Positions 26,829-38,194 of a DNA stretch of 64,000 nucleotides are shown here, piece by piece. A program made the position numbers and the translations under genes. The DNA lies in assembly GCF_006345805.1 (NCBI RefSeq), contig NC_043001.1, positions 4,340,001 through 4,404,000 of the forward strand, given 5' to 3'. The DNA is from Octopus sinensis. Lineage: Eukaryota. The notes beneath the pieces were generated by a model. It was not told the origin of the DNA. It did no database searches and saw nothing but the letters and a program-made list of their open reading frames with translations. The stretch's first letter is position 1; each line of letters starts with the position of its first letter.

Positions 26829-27133
26829 TAAATTAAATAATGAGAGCAGAATTTAATATTAGCGAATAATATCAATTTAAATCAGTGGCCTAGCATACTT
26901 CAAAATGTCCGAAGATTATAAATTATATTATATATATAAATAAGAGGAATAGCACAAAAGGTGCATTTCTTATATGCTACAAGAAGACTCCAAATCGCCT
27001 TACCACGAAGAATATGTTCTCAAAATTTCAGGCGTCTGCTAAAATTTCTGAGTATTTACTTTCGTGGTAAGGCGATTTGGCGTCTTCTTCTAGCATGTTA
27101 GGAATGAGCCTTGGCGGCTATTACTCTTATTTA
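26829..27133. mobile_element. Foldback element within microsatellite
   Basis: IR 26937-27133: aataagag..atgcta.aagaagac.ccaaatcgccttaccacgaa / ttcgtggtaaggcgatttgg.gtcttctt.tagcat..ctcttatt. Confidence 0.7.
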
Positions 27134-27138
27134 TATAT

Positions 27139-27204
<66 letters not shown>

Positions 27205-27269
27205 ATATATATATATATACACACATATATATATTTAATACATATGTTTGTATGCATATGTGTATGTAA

Positions 27270-27300
<31 letters not shown>

Positions 27301-27302
27301 GA

Positions 27303-27336
<34 letters not shown>

Positions 27337-27699
27337 TATATATTATATATATATATATTATATATATATATATAGAGCGAGAGAGAGTATGAAGCAAGAG
27401 GGGGATTGTTTATTGATTTGCTTACTATTTAGAAAGGCAATATCTTCAAAAATAATATTTAAATTAGTGCACTTGAAATAATCTACTGCGATCTATTTCC
27501 TCTTCTTTACGTTAAGAATTCTTAAAATAATGTGTTAATTAAACACATGTCGATTAAACAGCTATCTCTACAATGCTATTCTATTAATATTTTTAAAATT
27601 TTAAAGTATCCACTCGCTAAGTAGAACGTTTCTGCATGGATGGATCTAAAAGTAATGGCTAAAATTAAAACTTTCGTGCATTCAGATAAACTCTGGATT

Positions 27700-29670
27700 C
27701 AGTTCCTTTACATCTCATTATTGTAAAATTTAGATAAATACAAATACAAGCCAGTTCATGAAGCCACATTTTCAACTCAAGAAATGGAAGCAAAATAGAT
27801 TGAAAGCTGTTTCGTAAACCTTACAAAAGAAACTGCTAGTCAGACGAATGCAAATTTTAAAGTGTGGGAAGAATGACCGTTACAGATGAAGAAAGGATTT
27901 TACTATAACGCCTCAAATAGTGAAAGATTAGACTACCAGCTCTGAGAGGAACCGAGCGAAGAAGATTAAGTAAATTAGTGAGAAAAAACATAAAGGATTT
28001 ATTAAGGAAAATGTACCTTGAAATATAACAGATTTAAACGATTTTGCATACAACGTATTTGCTGTCGTGTTAAAAATTCTTGAGGTTAAGATCAAAAGGA
28101 AACAAACGACCAAGTCACCTGCAAGGGCCGACAATTTGAGTGCCACATTCAATTGCCCAAGTAAGTTCTTGGACGGATAGATGCCATCATAGAAAAGAAG
28201 AGGGTGAAAAAAGATACCGGAACGAACAGCAAGGAAAGTACGACAGAAAACACAACGGACTACAGGCATCTGATGAAGAATTAAGAGAAAAAATGATGCA
28301 GTGTCGAGTGAAAAACAGGAAACAAACCAGTAATTATTGAACAGGGTTTTTTAACGAAAGCGTATTCAATAAACAACTAAACAATGAAGGGGAGTCTGAG
28401 AGAATGATATGTAAGATGCTGAAACAGTAAGAAAATACAATATACCAGATGGGTCTTGGGATTCTGGCCACCCAAACTTCCCAAGCATACAGAGCTAATA
28501 ATATACCACCGTTTGTCATCGACTGTATAGAAAATGGAGCTCCAACTTGGATGACAATAGGACAGCGTTTATACAGAAGAAGAAAGAAAAGCTTATTTAA
28601 GCCAATGACCCTAGACCTATTGCATGTTTACCGTTACTCTAGACGATATCTGGCCTCAAATTAGATGTATCATGTACATTTCTAGAGAAAAGGAGAATGC
28701 TGTTCTGCTATATAAAATAAATTCTAAGGTAATAAAGGTGGTACTGGTCAGGATGAATGATTTAGCTGTTGGTGGCACTGATTACAGGTAGGCTTACGAC
28801 AATGTTCCTAACAGTGATTCTCGCAGTGCCTGGGGACGGTCAGTATCAACAGACAAAGAAATATTTGCAAAAGGCAATGTGAGTGTGAAAAGCAGAACTG
28901 ACATTTGTAAATGAATGGCTGGAAATACGAAAATACAAAAGGGCATTTTCTGGGAAGATTCGCCCTCTCAGATATACTTCGTCATTGCATAAATCCCTCT
29001 GACAAATATACTAAAAAATTACATGCCTACTTATAAAGTTAACAAATCCAAAGTGAAAATAGGTCACCTGCTTTGTATGGATGATCTCAAACGATATACA
29101 ACAGAATGAGAAAAACAGGGACCTTTGATCCAAACTGTAAGGGTATTTAGTAAACATATTGCAATGTAGTCGGGGGTAAATAAGTGCGCAGTGAACATTA
29201 TGTAGAGAGGCTGAAAGATAGGCTCTGATGACACAAAATTACCAAAAGTGTACATCATTAGATAACTTTGCAAGAATGGGGGAGAGAAATACTGCCAGGC
29301 GATAGAATGACAGAAGGACAATCAGAGGAAAAAATATTCAAATAATAAAAGAGAATTTGGGAGGCGCTTCAAACAAAATTAAATTGAAGGAACATCATTA
29401 AAGCCTTAAATACATAGGCTATGCCGGTACTGAGATGTTCTGCTCTCTTTCTGGAAACGGACGAATGCCGAACTACAGAACCTGATAGAATAACTCAAAG
29501 GCTATTCACAGTGCACAACACGTGCCATTCTATAAGTAAAACCGACAGCTTCTACCTACAAAGAAAGGAAATAGGAAAGTATTTCAAAACGCCTATGATG
29601 CTGTTCGTACTACGATACTGGGGCTAAAAATTTATATTGGGCAGATAGAAGCACGAATACTTTCAGAAGC
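27700..29670 (+). mobile_element. Heavily decayed R4/Dong-like non-LTR retrotransposon (RT region)
   Basis: Frameshifted motifs appear in the expected order: WMTIG, RPIACLP, DY..AYDNVP, KGIF..DSPS..YFVIA, HLLCMDDLKRY, LIQTVRVFS..IAM..G..KCA, IKALNT.AMPVLR.SA, DSFYLQRKE.G. Confidence 0.75.
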
Positions 29671-30301
29671 CCAGTTTTCACTCATAGGAATTCGGAGTGC
29701 ATTATATGCTTATCTAATTTAATTTAATCTGTAATGTACGTACCTCTTTATTCCTCATCTTTTTCTTCGAATTTAATTCTACACGTTTCTCTGAAATCTG
29801 TATTTGCTAACAGTCTTCAAAATGTGTTACTTATTTAATCTTCCGTGAATTTTTAATTCCAATCTATTACATTCTGCTCGTAATTTAATTACAATGTTTT
29901 AACTAAATAATAAATCCTAATGAGTTACAATATTTTATAACTTTAGCAAACGTACAATATTTACATCTTTCTGGCTCCCCTATGTTACTCCAACGCCCGC
30001 ATTTAAATATATTGATAATTTTCATTGAAATTACAGTTTTAAATATTAACTATTTGTTCTTGCAATAAATACACTTATTATTTCAGTAGCCATTGTTATG
30101 GTCTGTAGGTTGTGGGGCTGGATTGTAGTGGTGAAGTAACAGAACAACACCCACGAACAATTAACAGACGATTTTATTATTGCGTAGAAAGTCAAACTGT
30201 GTTGGCCACTTACAGATAACAACAGCAATAATTACAGACTGGAGTGAGATACTGGTGGGTGTTTACTGTAGCTTTTGATATGGCAATGCGCGGCTTGCCT
30301 G

Positions 30302-30512
30302 AGGCAGCGAGCAGAAACGATAGCATGCCGGGCGAAATGCTTACCAGTATTTCGTCTGTCTTTGCGTTCTGAGATCAAATTCCGCCGAGGTTGACTATGC
30401 CTTTTATCCTTTCGGGGTCGATAAATTAAGTACCAGTTGCGTACTGGGGTCGATCTAATCGACTGACGCTCTCCCCATATATTTCGGGCCTTGTGCCTAG
30501 AATAGTAAATGA
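30302..30512 (+). mobile_element. tRNA-derived SINE, family B
   Basis: aggcagcgagcagaa head, B box gagatcaaattcc, conserved core cctttcggggtcgataaattaagtaccagttg. Other copies at 33131-33272, about 45500-45625 (-), 61107-61330 and 61348-61557. Confidence 0.85.
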
Positions 30513-30569
30513 TATATGGCTTGCCTAGCATAACTGCAAACAATGTTGTCATACACGTGGCGACGAAAG

Positions 30570-31110
30570 TTCCTGTCAACCTCTCTGCGCCATTCGTCTT
30601 CGCTGCCCTCATGGGTCCTATAAATGCGCACCCAACGGCTTTTTATAGGAGATATGAAGTCAAAGATAATAATTTGTTAAAGAATAATCTGCCCCGGTCC
30701 TAGCTTCACGGTGGTTGGTCGGGTAATAGACCCTTCACGCGAAGCTATGGTGTTTTACGTTGGTGTCAGAACATGCATGTAGAGACTCGGTGTCAAATCA
30801 CCGCTGTATTATCTACAACCGCATACAAATCATGTGCACTCACTGACCTCATTTGGTTTCCTATAGATAATTAATTTATACCGCTAAATCTCATCACGAT
30901 ATATACCCATATACTTACATGACCTATCATTTCCCGACCAGTCGTCACATTTTTCTTTGCGATGCACATTGCATTGACTACCGTGCTACAAATCTGGACG
31001 TTTGTCAACGTATTTAATCTGGTACTTGCCCCCGACCGTGAAATACTTGCTCCTACTCCTCGCATAATGCCAATGCCCTTCCCAGTGGCAACTTCAGCTA
31101 AGCGGTAATT
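30570..31110 (-). mobile_element. Very decayed Tc1-like transposase 5' half
   Basis: Minus-strand remnants GKGIGIMRG.GAS.S, VTTGRE, VSA, VLT and VRIYR......REVDR resemble the Tc1 HTH and first catalytic region. Confidence 0.45.
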
Positions 31111-32672
31111 CAGTTATACTATCCGCATAGATTTTTGCTATTCTATATAAGTCTTTCCTCATAACATCCTACTCAGCAAGCCTTTCCCTTCAAATATCAA
31201 TAATCGCATTTTCAATTCTTCATATATTTCTCTAAATCTGCAAACGTATTATCTACCCCACACCCTTGTCATCTTTGTTAATTTCTATCTAGCTTCCTCG
31301 TATTATGACCTTATATTCTATGCCTGTCTCCTTTCAAACACACCTTTGTAAATACAAAAATATGCACATATATGTAGACGCATTCTTGCGTTATTATATA
31401 CATGATATTAGTATAAATTCTGTAGCCGGACATATTGATATATTCATATATATGTATGTGTGTGTGTCAATGTATGTGTGCATGTCGGTGTGTGTATGTT
31501 TATGTACGTAAATATATATGTATAACATTAGTGTGTGTGCGTGCTTGTATGTTCACGTGTGTGCGTGCGTGTGTTCGTGTGCGTGCATTTGTGTGTACGT
31601 AGGTTTCTGCACGCGCGAGTTTTTGCTTGCTTGCGCGTGTGTGTGTGTGTGTAGATAGTCTTGCGTTCATGAATATATAAACACGAGATTCAATCATTGA
31701 AATGTCAAATTTATTGAAAATCAAACTGAATATGAAAGCCTCTTTGAAAAAGAATTATAAACACAAAATCCATTTATATTCCCTAGAAATATACTTTGAA
31801 TGGATATCATAGAAGGAATAATGCCGTAAAATGCTTTGGTTTAATGTAAAATATCTTGGAATGTTTCCTTTATTTCTCATAGAATTCGCCTTATTATTAG
31901 TGAAAAGACACAAGTTTTTCTTTCCTTTTCTTCTACGTTATACCTTTAGTTAGAAACTATTGACATTAATCTTGCAAATTTAGGATTTTATTGGTTTTAT
32001 GAAATATTATATAATGCAGTTAATTATACTAGAATTTGTTAATATGCAGACAAGTTATGAAACATTATATTATTGGAATGTCAGAAAAATTAAGATTATT
32101 CTCTTTTATGAATAATAAATTTGAAATATGATTGTTATTTTCAATATCTATTAAATTATCAATATAGCATTTCTATAACTATTAATCCACTATATCAAAT
32201 ATTTATACCGATTATGCCTCTCTTCGTCTCTCTTCCCCTGCTCGCTTTCCCTCCCTGACTTTTCCTCCTCTTTCATCAATGAGGCATATTCATACGTACA
32301 CATATACATAGTTACATATAAGCACATATATATGCATATATATAAATATGTACCTGCATAGAAACACACACCGGTATACATGTGTGCAATAAGTGTATCT
32401 TAGTACATTAATTAAAATAGAGAGAAAGAAAAGCTTCAACAAGATTTTACTTGCTTTCCATAATAGAATTAAAACTCTATAACTACAAGAGAACATATGA
32501 ATTGAAACTTAGAAGTCAGACTTGATATTATTTGTATGAAAGACCAATGTAGATTCAATAATCCAATAGAAGAAAGCACACTCGCCAAATCACACTCGTT
32601 CGGTTTCATATTTACTTTTGAGTACAAATTAATTTCAGGAATAACATATTACAAAACTTTTATAAATATATA

Positions 32673-33090
32673 GGCCCAGGAGTGGCTGTGTGGTTAGTAG
32701 CTTGCTAACCAACCACATGGTTCTTGGTTCAGTCACACTGCGTGGAATCTTGGGCAAGTGTCTTCTGCTATAGCCCCGGGCCGACCAATGCCTTGTGAGT
32801 GGATTTGGTAGACGGTAACTGAAAGAAGCCTGTCGTATATATGTATATATATAAGTGTGTGTGTATATGTTTGTGTGTCTGTGTTTGTTCCCCTAGCATT
32901 GCTTGACAACCGATGCTGGTGTGTTTACGTCCCCGTCACTTAGCGGTTCGGCAAAAAAGAGACCGATAGAATAAGTACTGGGCTTACAGAGAATAAGTCC
33001 CGGGGTCGATTTGCTCAACTAAAGGCTGTGCTCCAGCATGGCCGCAGTCAAATGACTGAAACAAGTAAAAAAGAGTAAAAGAGTAAGAGT
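32673..33090 (+). mobile_element. Full-length tRNA-derived SINE, family A
   Basis: Collinear with 16635-17029; tail ccagcatggccgcagtcaaatgactgaaacaagtaaaa(aagagt)n. Confidence 0.9.
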
Positions 33091-33130
33091 ATACCCCATC
33101 GTACATCACTCTTTGTACAATATTCCTCAG

Positions 33131-33272
33131 TCTGAATTCCGCTGAGCTCGACTTTACGTTTCACCCTTTCGGGGTCGATAATTTAAGTACCGGTTGCGTA
33201 CTGGTGTTGATAAAATCCACTGGTCCCACTCCCCAAAATTTCGGTCCTTGTGCCTAGAGTAGAAAAGGATAT
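33131..33272 (+). mobile_element. SINE family B, 3' part
   Basis: cctttcggggtcgataatttaagtaccggttgcgtactgg...ccttgtgcctagagtagaaaaggat. Confidence 0.8.
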
Positions 33273-33727
33273 TTCTCAGTCTATAAACGAAAGGTATGCG
33301 ATGTGTTATTTTTCTTCTATTTTTGTAAATGTGTGTGATTGATCCCCAAAGATTATGGCACGATATGATATCCATTCATTAATTCTCTATGGCATGGAAT
33401 ATTTTTTATCCACCTTTTCCAAAATTTCTAAGATTTTTATTCTGCATTTCATTATTTTGGTCAAACCAAATAATTCATCGTATTTAACACCAAATTCATT
33501 GGTTGGTTGAACTAGAATAGGAAAGTAGAATCTTATTTTGGTGATCAACGATATTTTGATCGGGTCAATATATTATTTTGTCATGAGTTTACACACGCAA
33601 AAGAACTTCCGCGCGCACACACACACACACACTACACAAACATACAAATACACAAATATATATATATATAAACACGTGTGTGTGTGTGTGTTTGTGTATG
33701 TATGCGTGTGTATGTGTGTGTAGGCAT

Positions 33728-33900
33728 ATACGACGAGAGTTCATTAAAGATTTCGCCTCACCCGATTCCCAAAGACGGGGATCAACGAAAGGTGGCATAA
33801 TTATTGGTCCGTCTCTACATAGCCACCACCAATGGTGATACACCTTTTATTGCGCTTCATGAAAACTTTGAATGAATTCTTTACCTATTTCGTGTAAATA
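33728..33900 (-). mobile_element. Mariner 3' end with TIR
   Basis: Minus strand translates RCITIGGGYVETDQ*; homologous to 35299-35581. Confidence 0.65.
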
Positions 33901-35298
33901 ATTTTTAGACCGACATAAATTTCATAATTATTACCAAAGATTGGACATATATTACTGTTACGAATATTCAAGCAGAGCAATATTTTCAGGCAAGACATAC
34001 ACTTGAGGTCACTTGTTTAGAGATATTTTTTTTCATACATCGTAATATCTTTTAAGCCCGTAACATCAAGCATCAAACATAATAACGATTCAATCAGAAT
34101 ATTCCATTCTTCCTTATAGCATGAATTTCCAAGCATCACGTTACAGGAGTTACTTATTTATTTTAATTCGGCTTTTATTTTGCTCATCTGTTCATGTTTG
34201 CATTATGAAACGCAAAACGCCAGTGATATTGAAACTTAGGATATAATCTGCATATGAATGAGCATACGGTTTCATCTGGAAAACAAAGCATTAACTTCTA
34301 TCAAAACTATTTTCTAAAAACGAAAAACATTTTGTGCGAGATGAGGAAAAAACTTTTAAGTTTTCCAGATCTAATTACCTGTTTCTCTAAGAAAACAGGA
34401 CCGAAGCAGCAAGTTTAATTTTCTTTAGATATCTCAAAGCATGACCAATGATAATGATTAGAATTCGGCTCCTCTTTGGAGGGAATGTTTAAAGAATTGT
34501 GGAGACAATATAATTAAAATTTTGAAACTTTAAGGAAAATAAAGTAAATGTACACCTTTTGTTCAATGGCGTATTACAGAAAAGGTGATTATGACTGGAA
34601 TAACTATGCATACAGAGGCAGTAATTTTAGAATAAATACTGAGATTACTAAAAGTGGTTTGTGTTTTAAGACCTTTGCATGCCAACGTTAACACGTTATA
34701 TTCAATAAGAAGATGGAAACGTCGAGCGCTCATAAATATATGCGCTCTCGTACGTATTCACACACGTACTCACAAATATAGAGTACAGAGAGAGAGAGAG
34801 AGGGGGAGAAAGAGAGAGAGAGAGAGAGAGAGTCAGAGAGACAAATAGAAGAAAGCGAGAGTTAGTGGAAAATAGTAATAGAAACAGTCAATTGCAAATT
34901 CATTTCTTGGTTATAAGATTTCATGGATGGCTTAAAGAAATTTATTGCCTTACAGTTGCAATATCTTTGCTATATTACATGAATTCTATACTGTAAACAA
35001 CCTTTATAACAACAATATTTATTTTAGAGATTAAGTATTCCTATTCAATTATTGATTGGTTATGAAATTCTCGTGAGTTACTTGTTATGAAATTTACATC
35101 ATAAGCAGGGAATGCAGAGACGTAGGCTGCATGTAAATTAGCGATAAAGAAATGGTTTATCAAAAAAGAATTTCTGCGACTGAAAGACAAACATGGTCGG
35201 TTATATTGAAATTTTGAGATATTAAAATATTTTGGGATACATTATATCGAGATCCACCACCACCCCGCGACACATATACACACACAGAGTGTGTATGT

Positions 35299-35581
35299 AT
35301 ACACAAGGGAATTTCATTAAAGATTTACCCTAACCCAGTTCACAGACTTGGATAAACGAAATTTGGCATAATTATTGTCCCTTCTCTACATAACAACCAA
35401 CTGTGATACACTTCTCTCGTCCATTCTTGCAAGTGTGCAGATCTCGTCTGTAGAGGTCGATAGGTTGGGTCTGGAACCAAGACTTTACCTCGTAAATAAC
35501 TTCATTATCATTCGAAGAGTGCTTCCCCTTTATAAAAGAGTTCATGATTGGAAAGAGGTGAAAGTCAGATGGTGCGAAGTA
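35299..35581 (-). mobile_element. Mariner (DD34D-type) transposase 3' fragment with TIR
   Basis: Minus strand: FAPSDFHLFPIMNSFIKGKHSSNDNEVIYEVKSWFQTQP...REKCITVG..YVEK, matching the (YSPD)LAPSD and RWxKCI...YVE mariner motifs. Confidence 0.8.
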
Positions 35582-35583
35582 TT

Positions 35584-35615
<32 letters not shown>

Positions 35616-35631
35616 TATTTATATACATATA

Positions 35632-35662
<31 letters not shown>

Positions 35663-35681
35663 CGTATATATATATATATCG

Positions 35682-35712
<31 letters not shown>

Positions 35713-35755
35713 TATGCATATATATATATATCGTATATATATACATATATATATA

Positions 35756-35810
35756 TTAGACATGGCCTGGGCCAATACTGGCCAAAACCTTTCTAAGTTA
35801 TTCTAAGTTA
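35756..35810 (+). mobile_element. Extremely truncated 3' tail of the CR1/L2-group LINE
   Basis: ttagacatggcctgggccaatactggccaaaacc plus a short tandem tail; matches 20721-20780. Confidence 0.7.
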
Positions 35811-35863
35811 TATATATATGTATATATATATATCGTATATATATATATATATATATATATTTT

Positions 35864-38169
35864 TTAGTCAATTTAGGGTAGCAAAAAAATTCAATAGAAA
35901 TTTATCGCTACCAGCGGCCTGATGGAAAAGAGAAAATAGTCATCGACTAAATATATAAATATAACAATTTAGGAGTGACCCCAACAGGTCACTCGTCCAC
36001 CAGAAGAGCAGCCATAACTCACACCGCCAAGTAGTAGTAATTCAGAAATTAGGTGAAAATTTAAAAAACATTTACCCTAATTCATCTTTTAGACGTTGCA
36101 ACGTTTCTGTGTCATTAATGATCAAATTAGCTTAATTAAATTAAATTAAGCCAATCTACCATAGGTTACACTTCATCAGTAAAAGACCTGGGAGAGACAA
36201 ATATACACGAGGCGTCTGTATCGATGCCTACGGGATATCTGACTTAAAATTTTCAAGACTGACGTATTCGCGCCAAACTTATCAACAGTAAATATAAACT
36301 GCCGATTCAATCTCAGAATTATTCAGAAAATTATCAATTAGTCAATTTAGGGTAGCAAAAAAATTCAATAGAAATTTATCGCTACCAGCGGCCTGATGGA
36401 AAAGAGAAAATAGTCATCGACTAAATATATAAATATAACAATTAGGAGTGACCCCAACAGGTCACTCGTCCACCAGAAAGAGCAGCCATAACTCACACCG
36501 CCAAGTAGTAGTAATTCAGAATTAGGTGAAAATTTAAAAAAACATTTACCCTAATTCATCTTTTAGACGTTGCAACGTTTCTGTGTCATTAATGATCAAA
36601 TTAGCTTAATTAAATTAAATTAAGCCATCTACCATAGGTTACACTTCATCAGTAAAAGACCTGGGAGAGACAAATATACACGAGGCGTCTGTATCGATGC
36701 CTACGGGATATCTGACTTAAAATTTTCAAGACTGACGCATTCGCGCCAAACTTATCAACAGTAAATATAAACTGCCGATTCAATCTCAGAATTATTCAGA
36801 AAATTATCAATTAGTCAATTTAGGGTAGCAAAAAAATTCAATAGAAATTTATCGCTACCAGCGCCTGATGGAAAAGAGAAAATAATCATCGACTAAATAT
36901 ATAATATAACAATTTAGGAGTGACCCCAACAGGTCACTCGTCCACCAGAAAGAGCAGCCATAACTCACACACCGCCAAGTAGTAGTAATTCAGAAATTAG
37001 GTGAAAATTTAAAAAACATTTACCCTAATTCATCTTTTAGACGTTGCAACGTTTCTGTGTCATTAATGATCAAATTAGCTTAATTAAATTAAATTAAGCC
37101 AATCTACCATAGGTTACACTTCATCAGTAAAAGACCTGGGAGAGACAAATATACACGAGGCGTCTGTATCGATGCCTACGGGATATCTGACTTAAAATTT
37201 TCAAGACTGACGTATTCGCGCCAAACTTATCAACAGTAAATATAAACTGCCGATTCAATCTCAGAATTATTCAGAAAATTATCAATTAGTCAATTTAGGG
37301 TAGCAAAAAAATTCAATAGAAATTTATCGCTACCAGCGGCCTGATGGAAAAGAGAAAATAGTCATCGACTAAATATATAAATATAACAATTTAGGAGTGA
37401 CCCCAACAGGTCACTCGTCCACCAGAAGAGCAGCCATAACTCACACCGCCAAGTAGTAGTAATTCAGAAATTAGGTGAAAATTTAAAAAACATTTACCCT
37501 AATTCATCTTTTAGACGTTGCAACGTTTCTTCTTCTTTCTGTGTCATTAATGATCAAATTAGCTTAATTAAATTAAATTAAGCCAATCTACCATAGGTTA
37601 CACTTCATCAGTAAAAGACCTGGGAGAGACAAATATACACGAGGCGTCTGTATCGATGCCTACGGGATATCTGACTTAAAATTTTCAAGACTGACGTATT
37701 CGCGCCAAACTTATCAACAGTAAATATAAACTGCCGATTCAATCTCAGAATTATTCAGAAAATTATCAATTAGTCAATTTAGGGTAGCAAAAAAATTCAA
37801 TAGAAATTTATCGCTACCAGCGGCCTGATGGAAAAGAGAAAATAGTCATCGACTAAATATATAAATATAACAATTTAGGAGTGACCCCAACAGGTCACTC
37901 GTCCACCAGAAAGAGCAGCCATAACTCACACCGCCAAGTAGTAGTAATTCAGAAATTAGGTGAAAATTTAAAAAACATTTACCCTAATTCATCTTTTAGA
38001 CGTTGCAACGTTTCTGTGTCATTAATGATCAAATTAGCTTAATTAAATTAAATTAAGCCAATCTACCATAGGTTACACTTCATCAGTAAAAGACCTGGGA
38101 GAGACAAATATACACGAGGCGTCTGTATCGATGCCTACGGGATATCTGACTTAAAATTTTCAAGACTGA
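35864..38169 (-). repeat. Left arm of retrozyme-like array: ~4.9 tandem 474-bp units, HHR on minus strand
   Basis: Unit marker gtcaatttagggtagc at 35867, 36341, 36814, 37289 and 37773. HHRs at 36085-36186, 36559-36659, 37033-37134, 37507-37618 and 37992-38093. No ORF >=60 aa in the ORF track. Confidence 0.95.
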
Positions 38170-38194
38170 GAAAATAGAAAAAGAAAATAGTCAT

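Noticed and set aside
37531-37540. 10-bp insertion next to GAAAC in one unit, and 1-bp indels among units
   Set aside because: Mostly in homopolymers or stutters and cannot be told apart from long-read error, so not interpreted.
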